Below are positions 13,975-27,897 of a stretch of 64,000 nt of DNA, in pieces. Source of the DNA: Octopus vulgaris (Eukaryota); NCBI GenBank assembly GCA_951406725.2, contig OX597815.1, forward strand, positions 126,108,001 through 126,172,000, read 5' to 3'. Below the pieces are notes generated by a model, which ran no database searches, was not told the DNA's origin, and saw only the letters and a program-made list of their open reading frames with translations. Positions within the stretch are counted from its first letter, which is position 1; the number at the start of each line of letters is the position of its first letter. The translations under genes and the position numbers were made by a program.

Positions 13975-14221
13975 ATGTTGATGATGATGATCATCATCAT
14001 GGTGATTATCATAGTAACATTATAGGGTGATGATGATGATGTGTATTATGATGGTGATGCTGTTGTCGCGGATTGAGTGCAGATGATGATGATGGTGGTG
14101 ATATTGTTAGAGGCGGTGATAATGTTTGAAAGTTGCGTTCGGAGGTGGTGTTCATTTTACGGATGATGTCTGGCGGGTTGGCCATGCTGGTCGGCGAATC
14201 GGGTAGAATAATGTTGAAAAC

Positions 14222-14286
<65 letters not shown>

Positions 14287-14670
14287 TTGATGATGACGAT
14301 GACGACAATGACGACAACTGCTACGATGATGACGACGACAATGATAACGGTTATGAATGATATTGATGACGACAGTGGTGATTATCATGATATTGATGAT
14401 GTTAATGATGACAGTAAAGACACTGCTGCTGCTGCTGCTGCCAATGATGAGGAGGAGGAAGAGGAGAGAGAGGACGCTAGTAGAGAGTTCGGTGACGGTT
14501 GTGATGATGACACATGTGGTGGTGGCAGTGGTGGGTATGGTTGTGATGGCGTTGATGATGATGATGATGGCAACGACAATGATGATGTTTATGACCACAA
14601 TGATGACGATTATGATGGCAATTATGCCGACGTTGATGACGATGACGACGACGACAATAAAGAGCAAGAG
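13975..14670. repeat. (GAT)n/(GAC)n-rich low-complexity tract
   Basis: Long degenerate trinucleotide repeat that gives poly-D/M/S/H ORFs in several frames. Confidence 0.9.
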
Positions 14671-15089
14671 TAGCATTTGCAATAAATAAAATTAAAAATG
14701 AGTGAAATGTGTGCATATGGGCAGTGAAATACGGGAATAAACAGAACCGAAACAAGAGGTAATTTTCATTAACCTTTGGCAATTCTTTTTTTTTTTTTTT
14801 TTTCTGTTTCCCTTCTTTTCTCAGTCTCCCACTTTTTTCTTTCTCTTTTTTTTTTCTGATTAGAAATTAACAGAGGCATTCTGTTATTTCCGAAAATTTA
14901 ACACGGAAGCAATTATCCTTTTTTCCATTAGTATTTGCTTCATTTTTATCGTTTATTGTTATTTTTATTACCATTATCGTTATCATAAACATGATCATAC
15001 AGTAATAATTAATTAATTATCATCATCATTATCATCATCATCACCACCACCATAATAATAATAATAATAATCATTTATGATTATTGCTC

Positions 15090-15650
15090 TAAAGTGGCAG
15101 AATCATTAACGCAGTGGTCAAAATGCTTAGCAGTATTTTGTCCGTCTTTACGTTGTGAATTCAAATTCCATCGCGGTCGTCGTTGGCTTTCATTCTTTTG
15201 GAGTCGATAAAAAAAGTACCAGTTGAGCACAGGAGTTGATACACTCGACTAAAGTCTCGCCCCCACTATCGAAATTGCTGGCCTTGTGCCAAAATTTGTA
15301 ACCATTATTATCATTGTAGCTAGTCAAGGTAGCGAGCTGACAGAATCGTTAACACGCCGGACAAAATGTTTGGCAGCATCTCGTTCGTCGCTACGTTCTG
15401 CGTTCTAATTCCGCTGGGGTCGACTTTATCTTTCATGTTTTCGGGGTCGTTGAAATGGGAACGAGTTGAGTACTGAGGTCGATGTAATCGTCATCAAACG
15501 CCCCACGAATTATTATTTAAGGTGGGGATCTGGCAGAATCGTTAGAGCATCAGACAAGTTGACTTGCAGCATGTCTTCTAATTGCTTACGTTCTGAGTTT
15601 AAATCTAGACGATATCAACTTTTCTTTTCATCTCCCGTGTTCTATCAAGT
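15090..15650 (+). mobile_element. Three tandem family B SINE copies
   Basis: Repeated (gg)cagaatc(g)tta...tacgttctg..ttcaaattcc...gtcgactt...tttcat units. Confidence 0.7.
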
Positions 15651-18059
15651 AATGTAAGAATCACGTTCTCAAGGCGATGGTACAAAACTGCTGACCTGAT
15701 GCCTAAATTAGGAATCAGTTTTCTTCTTCTTCTTCTTCTTCTTCTTCTTCTTCTTCTTCTTCTTCTTCTTCTTCTTCTTCTTCTTCTTCTTCTTCTTCTT
15801 CTTCTTCCTTATATTCATTATTGCTGACTATTCTTCTCTTTTCTTTTCTATATTTTTTCTGGTATTGCCCTTGTTATTATATTATTGCCATTGCTAATTG
15901 ATAGTCATTTTTTTGTTGTTATTATCATGGCTTCGAAACTCAAATCACCATTATTTATTCATTTCTGTTTTGTTTATTTATTTACTTTATCATTTCATGT
16001 CAGTTCGGTCAAACTCTCTACTTGCCTAATTAACAAGATACATCATTGAATGAATCGGTTCTGTGATGTTTTGAAACATGAGATCTTTGCTCTAACGAAA
16101 ATAAAGAGTAGCAAAAAAGTAAAAAAGAGAAAAAAAAGACATTCAAAATCACCCGTAGGAAAAATTTAATATTTGTAAATGGGTGATATCTTTGAGAAAT
16201 GTCATATACAATAGTAATAGTGTTTCACAACTCTGTGTGTACTTTAATGACCTACAAACATTTCAGGCCATCCATATTCATCATATGCTTCTCCAAAACA
16301 TCTCAGAGATAAGAATGATATGAAACAATAAACAAACATAAGTAGATTAAGTAAGATGGAAGGGTAAAAGCAAATAAACAGGCATTCCTGGGAATAACTA
16401 TTTGCTATGTGCATATTTGTATATGATATATCAATGGACGAACAACCGGAATATATGAATGTATCTATGACATGCACACACACATAGGCAAACACATACA
16501 TATACATATATAAGCGTGGGCTTACGTGTGTGTGTTTGTGTATGTGTGTGTGCGTGTGTGTGTGTGTGTTTGTACATACATGTATGCATATATATATATA
16601 TATATATTTGTGTGTGTGTGTGTGTGAATATGTTTGAATAAATGTATATACACGAGTATGTGGGCATATATATGTAAATACATACATATATGCACTTATA
16701 CATACAAACATGCATATACATGTATGTACGTATGACATTTGCGATCCTTGCAGCAAATACTTGTGCAGTCCTGTCTAAATATACGGCAACGTGTATCGAA
16801 TTAATTATATTCTTCTATTTATATTCTAGTGAAATTAATTCAGGCGCTACATATCACTGCACTTGCTGGTGTGTAGCTGTAGGTCATCTCAGATCAAGCA
16901 TATGTATGATTAAACCGTTCCGGTCATTTCGCTCTTCATATTATTTTCAGAGAGTACATCTAAGTTTGTATTATCCGCCGACGTACCTCTCTTTGTGAAC
17001 AAGGAAATGTACTGTTTGAGAGGAATACAACTGATGTTTCTATCAGTCAAACAACTATTAAGAGGTTCCTATGCTGGCTCGAAAATACTTAAGTTACATA
17101 ACATGACGGGTATAAATTAGAAGCTAATAAAATTGCCGCAATGCCACATGTTTCCGAGGAGTATAAAATCAATCGAATGGATTTAATTGCTACTTTATTT
17201 TATCAATCTTCGAAAGGTAAATTTAAACTTAGTGAAATTTGAAATCAGAGAGAGAAGGGATGTAAAAAAAAAAGGAGAAACCTTTTTGAGCGACGTTCTA
17301 AACTATAGCGCTAACCCTGGTATTCCTGCTTTCATAATTCGCTTAGCGATAAGCTCATAAAAATGTAGCTATTTCACTCAGCCAAAAGGCCGTAAATTTT
17401 TTCGGGAGCGAGAAGTTATTCAGTTATAATCAATAATTGGTTGGGACATTATTTTATCGACCTTGAAAGGTTGAACAAATGATTTATCTTTGTACAATGT
17501 TACATATCTTAAGAAAGTATAAAACGGTCGATTAACTCAACACCAGTATTTGACTGGTACTTTGTTATAGGATAAAAAGGAAAGTGAAACTGTGGAGAAT
17601 TTGACATTTTAATGTAAAGGGACTTAACAAAATACGATAAGGTGTAAAGCATTTACGCCAACACTGTATATTGTTCGCTATTTCAAAACTCTCAGATAAT
17701 GTTTTTCTCGAGTCTTTTGACCCATAAAACCGGTTACCTGGTTTCCATAGGGTATGAGTAACCGAGAGCAGCCCACACCTACAAGTGGATAACCAGCCAG
17801 TTGCAGAGTTCAAGGGCAAACATTTTGAGGTAAAGGATCTAGTCGTTTACATCACGTCAGGACGTAACAGCTACTTTACTTCATCGACTCTAAAGAGAAG
17901 AAAAGCTGACCTCGACAGGATTTGAATTCAGATTGTGAAGAGCTAACGATTCTGCCAGCTGCCACCTTGCTCAAACATATTCTAATACAATGATATATAA
18001 CAATTGTAATGATTGCTATCTTTTGTTTATCTCAGTGCTACAAGGGTTTCGTCTAAAGA

Positions 18060-18500
<441 letters not shown>

Positions 18501-18639
18501 CTTGTGCTTATTACCGCAGACACTCACGCAGACACGCAATCGCGCATACGCGCACGTATACACACACATACATACATACATACATACATACATACATACA
18601 TACATACATACATACATACATACATACATGTACATTGTC

Positions 18640-18862
18640 TGTTACCGATTTCTCATTCTTTGCATTTTTTCCTTTGTTCTTTCCTGTAAAGAGCTATGCA
18701 CGAAACGTTAAACTCTCTCTTTTCACCGAGTGCCAAGCTAATATACTTCTTGTGCACGTCCTCACGTTCGTGACTTTTCTTCTTTCTTTTCGCTTTTTAT
18801 CCTCCATTTATTTGAACTGTTTGTTTATTTGAATTGTATACACACACATTATATATATATAT

Positions 18863-18901
<39 letters not shown>

Positions 18902-19120
18902 AAGTTAATTCAAACATGAAAACACAGAAAAAAAGAGAAAAAAACACAGCAACGCGAGGACGTGGAACAATTAAAGTATTATTGACGCTCAGGAAAGAAG
19001 GGAAGGAGGGCTTAACGTTTCGAGCGGAGCTCTTCGTCGGAAACAAGGAGAAGGAAAGATCCCAAGAAGGGAAGACAGAGGAAAAAATATTTTTGCTGGT
19101 GGTGCTCAAGAGATCACATG
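18640..19120. mobile_element. Two family G PLE-like repeats tail-to-tail around (TA)n
   Basis: Plus copy 18640-18840 (gagctatgcacgaaacgttaa); minus copy 18900-19120 (ccgacgaagagctccgctcgaaacgttaa). Confidence 0.6.
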
Positions 19121-19337
19121 TTGATATATATATATATATATATTCATGTTCTTATATCTTATTTCATTTACACTTTATATCATATTATTTTTATTATAAT
19201 TTCATTATCTTTTATTTTTTTTTATATTTTGAATTTTGAATATAAACATTATCCCATCCAAGTCTAATAAATCACTGTAACCACGACTTTGTTTTCGGAT
19301 GTAAAGTACTGACAACTGGAATTTTTATCTTCTACAA

Positions 19338-19407
<70 letters not shown>

Positions 19408-19412
19408 CATAT

Positions 19413-19454
<42 letters not shown>

Positions 19455-19667
19455 TGAAACTTCACGAATTAAATTTAGGAAGGCTCATATTAGTAATTTA
19501 AAAATCTTAAACTCAACATGATTTATCATTGTCCAGTATATTGTACTTTTTAAAGAAGAAGCGAAAGTACATGAGGCCGTTTCTGCATTATTCCTGTATA
19601 TAAACAATCATTACAGTTATTACATAACATGAGCACATAAATGTTTAAAATGTTATTCATCAGCTAC

Positions 19668-20450
19668 TTAGATAACTTAGATAACTTAGATATGTTTCGA
19701 CCAAAGATTGGTCCAGGCCATGTCTAACTTAATAGCACCACCTGATAGGATTATTCGAATCCTGTTTAAGTCAAGTTTTGTTCAAGTAGTGAGTTCTTGT
19801 TGGGTGAGTTGCATCCAATTATGGGTGGCTTATCTGGTATTCTTTGAAGGAATCTATCCAGACTCCGTTTAAAGTTGATGGGATCCTTTTCCTCCTTGAT
19901 CTCCCTCGGGACAATGTTAAATAGGGCAGGGCCTGTTGAGGAAAAGAAATTATGTTGCAGTGTACATATATGTTGTGATCTTGAATTGGGCAGGGGACGT
20001 ATGGCCCGTGGTCCCAGTCTTGGATGAACCTTGAAGCTAATGTTAAGGTCGTTTGGGCAAAGTTGGCGGTATATTCTCCACACCGTACAAATGATGTACC
20101 GCTCACGGCGACGCTGGAGGGAGTAAAGTTTCAAGGCTTTAAGGCGATCCCAATAATCGAGAGCAGCCATGCCTTCAATTCGTTTAGTGAGTGCCCTCTG
20201 GGGTGACTCAATCCTGGAGATGTTTTGTCTTGTATGGGGAGACCACATTTAGCAGCAGTATTCAATGTGTGGTCGTACAAAGGAGGAGAAAAGTGGTATG
20301 ATGACACCTTGTTCTCTGTACCGGAAAGTTCTTAAGATCCAGGAACTCATCCTACGAGCTATATCGACCTTCTTGTTAATGTGTGCACTCCAACTGAGAT
20401 CGTCATCAACAATTACACCCAGGTCTCTGGGTCTTCGAATACACTTCAAA
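19668..20450 (-). mobile_element. 5'-truncated CR1/L2-group LINE: ORF2 C-terminus, 3' UTR and (TATCTAAGT)n tail
   Basis: ORFs 20249-20449 and 19766-20248 are in frame, separated by one stop: RDLGVIVDDDLSWSAHI...VRPHIEYCC*-WSPH...LYSLQRRRERY...GPALFN. Confidence 0.92.
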
Positions 20451-21251
20451 TGACCAGAGACCTATTCACCTTCAGTTACAAACATAAAATTTGCAAATTC
20501 ACAATACTCTAACGTTGAATGTTTAAGTACTGACTAACTTAACCTTATGAAATTAATTATTAATTTCTTGCATTGTCTCCCTTTATATTGGTGAGTTGCC
20601 AACACTTGTTCCTAGGGTTTGGGTTTCTTTCCTTAGCTGATAGGCAAATTTCGGTTAATTTAGAAATTTTTGCATGTTGAGTAATGAGACAAAATTTTAA
20701 TTAAATCGCTCGATCAACCACTGCAACTGAATCTCGTAGGGCCCGAGATTCTGCATACAACAAAGAAACAAAACTATAATGCGGCTTATTGTTAAACGGA
20801 TTAATTTGGCCATTCTTTTCTTATGACATTCTGACTGGTCCCGTTTGCTTGAATGCCGAATATTCAAGAGGACTTTCAAGGTGTTGAGTTTTATTTCCAG
20901 CATCATAGAACGCCTGTACACTAATATAATAATGTAAGGGCCTACCTTAATAAGACTTTGCGAAACAGGAGAATTGGACGAAGAGGTTCAGTAGAATACC
21001 CATCGTCTTCACAAGAATTCCTAGTACTTAACTTTTTTTTAACAGTACTACACCAGCATCAGTCGATGAACTAAGGCAAGCATTGAAAATGCGTACAAAT
21101 ACCGAACGAAATTATCCTTGTGTACGATATCATTGCTTTTAGCTGTCAACAGTGCCTACACCAAAACAGTTTGAAAACAGGGTTCATAAAAAAAATTAAA
21201 CTCTCTCTGTAGATTATTTTATTAAGCACTGACTTTTTATAACTATTCACC

Positions 21252-21294
<43 letters not shown>

Positions 21295-21371
21295 GGATAT
21301 CTAGTTTATATGATATGATATAATATGATATATATATATATAAGTGGCTGTGTGGTAAGAAGCTTGTTTCC

Positions 21372-23565
21372 TGCGCATGCGTGTTGTCAGTGTTGTTCGT
21401 ACTACTGAACAGAAGTCACCACGCAGGTTTGAAGCTGGTGAAATAGTGATTAAAATGCTCAACTGTAAGGTAATACTTTTGTTTTTTGGGTCCAGTGGGG
21501 GTTTGTTGTTTGCCGTAATTATTTTTTTACAAACAAGAAGTCCTCACTGTTTTCTGGACTCTGGTCTGCCTACAGTAGAGTGAATAGTTTTTCTCACTTA
21601 ATTGTGAGAATTGTTGTTTGGGAGCGTATCTCGCTTCCAAAAATTCGTTCAGTTTAAGTAAATAGTTTTTCTCGCTTAATTATGAGAATTGTTTTGGGGT
21701 GTATGTCACTTCCAAAAATTTGTTCACTTTTAGTGAATAGTTTTTTTCAAAAATTGTGAGAATTCACCGAAGACACAACTTTTTTTACCAATTATTGTGA
21801 AAGCTGTGTTCCAAGTTGTGGCTTTCCGGATTCAAGTCGGATTACCAAATAGGCCTGGATTACCGAGTGGCCAGAATATTTTTTGCTTGCTCATTTTTTT
21901 TTAACTGTAGACTGTTTTCTTTCCTTCTTCAATCTTTTTTGTGACTTTCTTTTATTGAACTATTTTCCTTTTTCTTCCTTCCTATTTGTTGTGACTTTCT
22001 TTTGATTTCTTTCTTTTTCTTCCTTCATTTTTTGAATTTTTATCTGAACTTTTTTGGACTTTTTATTTTAAAAAGACATGGCAAAGAACAGGGACAACGT
22101 TTTGGAGTGGGAAATTGTCCCACCCAAACAGCGGTTGAAAGACTGTGAAGACCACTGAAAGACTGTCGCTCGACACCATCACCATATTTCAAAAGAATGT
22201 TGTCGAAAGGGAGTTGGCAGAGTATCTGCCAACTATTAAATTCATCTCCAGGGGTGTCAAATATGCAACGGTGTGGTTGCTATTTGACACCCCTGAGGAG
22301 GCTCGCAAATTTTGTTTCTTCCCACATATTGTGAGAGGAAGTTGACGAGGGCTTGGGTCTGTGGTTTGCCACCCAGAATAGAACCTGAGTGGATAGAGGA
22401 CACTATCCACCGGGATTTGGGTGGCAGCGGAGCCAAGCTCCTCAATGTAAAAATTTTACCTTCGGCTGATTGGGTGGGGTCAAAAGCGGTTTTGACCTTG
22501 TGGACCCAAACAGTCAAAAATCTGATATTTCCAGATGTTTTGAAAATGGCCGAGTGCAGGTACCCGATGATTCTTGAGTGTCGCCCCTCCCCAAGTGTCA
22601 TCGGTGCCTGGTGCATGGCCATATAAAGAAAAACTGTTCCCAGGAACAAAGTAAGGTCCTAGAGCAGTTGGTTGAGACCTCTGCAGAAGAGGGAACGGAG
22701 TCAGCCGAGGAGGAGGACTCCTCCTCAAAGAAGGGCCGCAAGAGGAAGAAGGTGAGCAACAATGGGTGCTCACCGAAGGATCCTAGGGATGAGAGAGGGG
22801 AGGCGAATCTCCCGGTCACGGACGAGACGCACCCTCTCTCAGATGAGAAAAAAGAAAAGAGGAAAAGGAAGAGAAGTGGGACATTGCCTTCAGTTGGTGA
22901 CATAGTAGAAGAATATTCCGAAATCTCATCGGTGGGGGTTGTGCCACCGGTAGGGGAAGAGACACCGTTGGGGGAATTGTGCCGCCGACGGTAGAAATGA
23001 CTACTTCGTCCTCGGAGGAAGACGAATTATTGGTCTTCTTCTACAGAGGCGAGGAGGTGGAGAAGGTGTTTGAAAAGTACCTTTAGCCTGCACACGGAAT
23101 CCCGAATGGCCTCCGCAGATAGCTGTGGAGGTCATAACGTTGCCCGTGTTGCGTAGGCTGAAGGACTCAATGAGGAATATCTCTTGTGGCCGTGCGACGC
23201 CGTCACGTCACTCGCTTTGTGCTTGAATGAGGCGTGGGTGAATGCGGAGGATGAGGTCACAAGCGAAGCTGGGGAGGAATATGGATAAGAGGTTGAAAAG
23301 CCTCATTGAAAGTTACTAGTTTGGAAAAAAGGTAAGAGGCTTAGTGCCTCATTTTGTTATTGAATATTGTGAACAATGTAAGAGGTTTGCTGCCTCACGA
23401 ATAATATAAGAGATCAATGTTCTCGGGAAAGAACGATCGGTGGGCGCCGCTTTTTCCCCCCATTAATCATCCTTTTCATTTTCCATTTCATATACCATTA
23501 TGTCTGTGTCAAGCCCGCAGCTTCCTTTCTCTATGTAAGGCCTTTGTGGCCAATATAATGAAATA
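21372..23565 (+). mobile_element. Non-autonomous L1/Tx1-like (ORF1-only, HAL1-like) retroelement with a 15-bp TSD
   Basis: TSD aagaagcttg(t/c)ttcc at 21357-21371 and 23566-23580; ~75-bp tandem repeats in the 5' UTR; ORF1 relic with a zinc knuckle; AATAAA at the 3' junction; no RT/EN coding seen. Confidence 0.8.
22078..23086 (+). pseudogene. Frameshifted ORF1/gag-like protein (RRM-like region, CCHC knuckle, acidic/basic tail)
   Basis: ATG at 22078; IKFISRGVKYATVWLLFDTPEEA, PTYCERKLTRAWVCGLPP, and KCHRCLVHGHIKKNC (CX2CX4HX4C) spread over three frames. Confidence 0.75.
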
Positions 23566-23957
23566 AAGAAGCTTGCTTCCCAACTACATGGCTTTAGGTT
23601 TAGTCCTATTGTGTGGCAACTTGGGCAAGTGTCTTCTGCTATAGCCTCGGGCCGACCAAAGCCTTGTGAGTGGATTTGGTAGAGGGTAACTGAAAGAAGC
23701 CCGTCGTATACACACACACATATATATATACGTCTGTCTGTGTGTATGTGATGTGTGTATGTATGTATTTTGGTGTCTGTGCTTGACAACCGATGTTGGT
23801 GTGTTTATGTCCCCGTAACTTAGCGGTTCGACAAAAGAAACCGATAGAATAAATACTAGGCTCACAAAGAATAAGTCCTGGGGTTGATTTGTTCGACTAA
23901 AAGGCGGTGCTCCAGCATGGCCGCAGTCAAATGACTGAATGTATTTAAAGAATAAAA

Positions 23958-24011
<54 letters not shown>

Positions 24012-24064
24012 CAGAAATAGTTTGGTGAAACTTTATTTAAATTTATCGTGTCATCTACTCTCAT

Positions 24065-24270
24065 ATGAGGGGTGGGGTACTGAAGTTTCCTGGCTTTAGG
24101 GGTTTTGCGAAAGGTCTGATTGGCGGCTCAAACTTCAGAGTTCTTTTACAGGGCTTAGAAGGACTGCTGAAATAATTTTTTTAATCTGAGGAGGGAATAT
24201 GTTGAATAATTAACTGATCCTCCTGTATGTTCTTTTAACCAAAAAGCAGCACTTTTTTAACACCCCTTTG
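24065..24270. mobile_element. Mariner-derived MITE related to 3105-3324
   Basis: tactgaagtttcctggcttt...ttttacagggcttagaa...gatcctcctgtat, a reverse-complement match to the 3105 copy. Confidence 0.6.
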
Positions 24271-25155
24271 TTTATACATATGTATTTCTCTCATATTGTG
24301 CCATACTTTTTCTCTAAAACCAAACCTCAGTAAAGGAGAATAATCCAAAAGAAAAAAAAATTGTTTTTGAAAAATATCCACTACATAAAACGACTCCATT
24401 TTAGTCACCCCTTTCCGATAGAAGTACGCCATCACAAACTAAGGATCAGCTTCCACTAACATCTCCATAGCTACATCGGAAAAAAAACATTTGCAATCAA
24501 ATCAGAAAGAAATAGCAAATCACAATTTCCTCCTGTAGCAATTCTTAATTTAACTGTCCTCTTTTTAACAAATAAAATAAACATAACAAATCTAACTTCT
24601 CAATATTAAAAACGAGTAAGACAGTGAATTAAGGAAGATGTAGCACACATCTTTACACACTGATCCCCAATAATGCCATAAGGAAAAAGAATGAATAACA
24701 TTACAATGACAAAACATATATAGCAAGTGTGAGTGTAGGTTGTTCTGCATTTTAAATGGATGTTCGACATTTTCTATATTTAATCGACGGTTTCCACTGT
24801 TTTGTTTTAAAAGTTATTCAGGAAAATATTTCAATTTTAGAGCTTAATTTCTGATTATTCAATGGATTTTGGAATTTTAAACTACTGCTGAATATGTGAA
24901 TATCATTTATGTTTTGTCTAGAAGATATCAATTGCTCACAAATTACTAAACTAAATATGAAAGAATGAATATATAAACGAACTCGTTGAGAATAAAAGAT
25001 GAAGACCAAACCATTAGTCGCGCACGCACACACATACACACACACCACATGCTCACGCAACAAAGAATCAGACACTCCCTCGCACACACAACACGCTCAC
25101 ACAACAAAGAATCAGACACTCTCTCTCACACACAATCGTACACACACACATACAT

Positions 25156-25190
<35 letters not shown>

Positions 25191-25669
25191 CGCACAATTT
25201 TGTGTAGGTGTATGTTCTGACATTTGTCTGCAACAGATGTATGCAAATACTTGTTAGAACAATGAGATACAACTGATGTAAACAGAATTGACAAAGACAA
25301 TAGACCTTATCACATTTCAATACTGTTAAGACGATCAAAGTATAAAAAAAATATAAAGACAATACCCGTCTTCTAAGTACAAAATACTCTACAATAAAAA
25401 ATTAGCAACAGACTTTATAGCAATTCCACATGCAACTGTCGGTGTTTTCAAACATTACTTGTATACATTGATATTTATTTACTTATATATTTATTTATTC
25501 ATTTATTTCGTTATTTATATTTTGCTTTCGTGTTAAAATGCTTTTAACAAAGCAATATGTTGCTTCATACGACTAGGAACCGACAGTTAAATGGAAAATT
25601 TTACATATACACATAAACATACGCGCGGACAACCTCCCACATGCAGATACATGTACGTATAAGCAAATA

Positions 25670-25716
<47 letters not shown>

Positions 25717-25813
25717 GCAATCACCCCACTTTGAATTATATGGATAATACTATACTAAATTCTGGTGCTTTTAACTTAAGTACCATATTCAACTGAATCT
25801 AAATTTTACTGAA

Positions 25814-25894
<81 letters not shown>

Positions 25895-25902
25895 GTGTAT
25901 AT

Positions 25903-26150
25903 AGAGCAATACATAGGCCAAACAAAAAAACAGTATACGTAAAAGAATGGCTCTGCACAGATCCCAGATCAAAATTCTCCAAAACAGAAAAATAGCATTC
26001 AGCCAACACATTGACATTTGCGCCAATAACAACAATCCAACCTTCAGAATTTTTCCCCTCAATCAATTTAGGGACGATACAACCTGGAGCCAACGAATTG
26101 GTAAAGATACTCTCTTTGTTACAAAATACTGACCCCTCTTGAACGCGTCT
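25903..26150 (+). mobile_element. PLE GIY-YIG endonuclease C-terminal fragment
   Basis: EQYIGQTK (frameshift) RKRMALHRSQI...FSQHIDICA...FRIFP...RIGKDTLFVTKY*PLLN. Confidence 0.8.
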
Positions 26151-26971
26151 ACAACAAACGACATATCCACCACGGCCTTAGAATAACACAAATACACACG
26201 CAAATATTAAAAATGAGACACGCAAGTGATTCCCAAGAATTCATTAAAAAACAGTCCCAATCACTGCTATAATCCATAACGAGCCAATTTTAAGTCAATT
26301 GAGCAGTTAACACCTTACTACTTTCATACAACCTACATTCCTTCTTATTCTCCCTTCTCTTTCTTCTTCTTCTTTGTCTTCATCCTCCTCCTTCCTAACT
26401 TTACCTCTATTGCTGTTTAGAATAACACATACGCAAATTTTATAAACAAAACATTCAAAAGAGATGTCCCAGGAATTCAACAGTTACTACTACCATCCAC
26501 AGCAGGTCATTTTCGGGGCAGCTGACCTTTCAACATTCTACTGTCACGGCACTCCCACATTCTTCTTTTCCTTCTTCTTCTTCTTCTTCTTCTTCTTCTT
26601 CTTCTTCTTCTTCTTCTTCTTCTTCTTCTTCTTCTTCTTCTCTTCTTCTTCTTCTTCTTCTTCTTCTTCTTCTTCTTCTTCTTCTTCTTCTTCTTCTTCT
26701 TCTTCTTCTTCTTCTTCTTTTCCCTACCAAGAATTCACAAGGACCTCGAACCCACAAGAGTAAACAAGAAAGACAAGAAAGACAGAGACAGGCAGAAACA
26801 AGAAAAATGCCACTTATATTTGAACACTATGCAAATATTCTTTTAAAAGAACTTTTCTTTTAATTTTTCCCAAATTTAATTGTTTTCCATACTTACAGTT
26901 GAAAAAGTCTCAATGACTGAAACCGGTACTGAAATGTTTTTTATAAAATTATTTTCTATTTGGACTTTTTT

Positions 26972-27042
<71 letters not shown>

Positions 27043-27754
27043 TATATGTATGTATATATATGTATTTGTATTTCTATGTAGATGTATATATGTATATATA
27101 TATATATGTATGTGTGTGTGTATATACACATGCATACATATATATATGAACTTATGTGAGTGAATATATATATTCATAGTTCACACACACATATTCATTG
27201 TTGTATTTTTGTTAAATGTTTCAAATATATTTATGTAACGCTATGCCATCCTGAATTTTGTACTCATTTGTAAAATATTCTTTGACTAATTTTTATGCGA
27301 CATTTATTTTTGTCTCTTTCTCTTTCTTTGCTTCTTTTTGCCTTCTTTCCACTCTCTATCTCTCTTTCTCTCCCTAATACTTTACTTCTTCCTACGTTCT
27401 GACTTTCTATCTGCCGTTCTCTAGTCTTCTGTCCTGCAGGACATTTTCATTTCCGTTTGGGTTTCCCCATTGTCAGTCTGTCTTGCGGCCGCACAGCTTT
27501 TTTGTTGTATATATTTTATTCCGTAGTGTTTGTTTTCGTCATTGTGCTGTACATTGGTTAGCTATTCCCAGTGACTTTTTTGCCACTGGCGCCACCAAGA
27601 GTGAACAATATCAACATTAAAAGCGCGAAAGTGTGATGATCTTTTGGACATTGACTGATGAGGAATAAGTAACGAATTTTCTGTTTGTTATATTTTTGTA
27701 ATATTTCTTTTCGTTGTGTATTTATTAAATTGTTCAAATATATGTATACTGTTG

Positions 27755-27892
27755 TTTCTTTCTGTGTTCCTTTCTGTGGAAGAGCGTATGCTCGAAACGT
27801 TAAAGACATCTTCACTTCCCGAGCGTTAAACTAATACATCAGTTTGTTGTCTACACCACCTGTCTTTGTCTTTTGTTCTTTTTGTGAATTCT

Positions 27893-27897
<5 letters not shown>
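27755..27897 (+). mobile_element. Family G PLE-like repeat ending directly in (TA)n
   Basis: cttt-ctgtggaa-gagcgtatgctc-gaaacgtt-aaag, followed by the family tail and ttctccc(ta)n. Confidence 0.65.

Larger units (their letters stand above)
21343..23960 (+). mobile_element. Family A SINE interrupted in its tRNA-like head by a 2.2-kb insertion
   Basis: gtggctgtgtggtaagaagcttgtttcc (21343-21371) resumes at 23566 as aagaagcttgcttcccaactacatgg...ttgggcaagtgtctt (CORE-like), then the body and tail. Confidence 0.85.

Noticed and set aside
14133-14689. Asp-rich ORF resembling acidic biomineralisation proteins
   Set aside because: Explained by (GAT)n expansion; open in many frames; no signal peptide or exon support.
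19565-19668. Minus-strand CUGAUGA...GAAACGGCCUC hammerhead candidate
   Set aside because: Stem I and II pairing is poor; at best a decayed relic.
21580-21765. CRISPR-like repeat array
   Set aside because: Contiguous tandem units without unique spacers, eukaryotic context, no cas genes.
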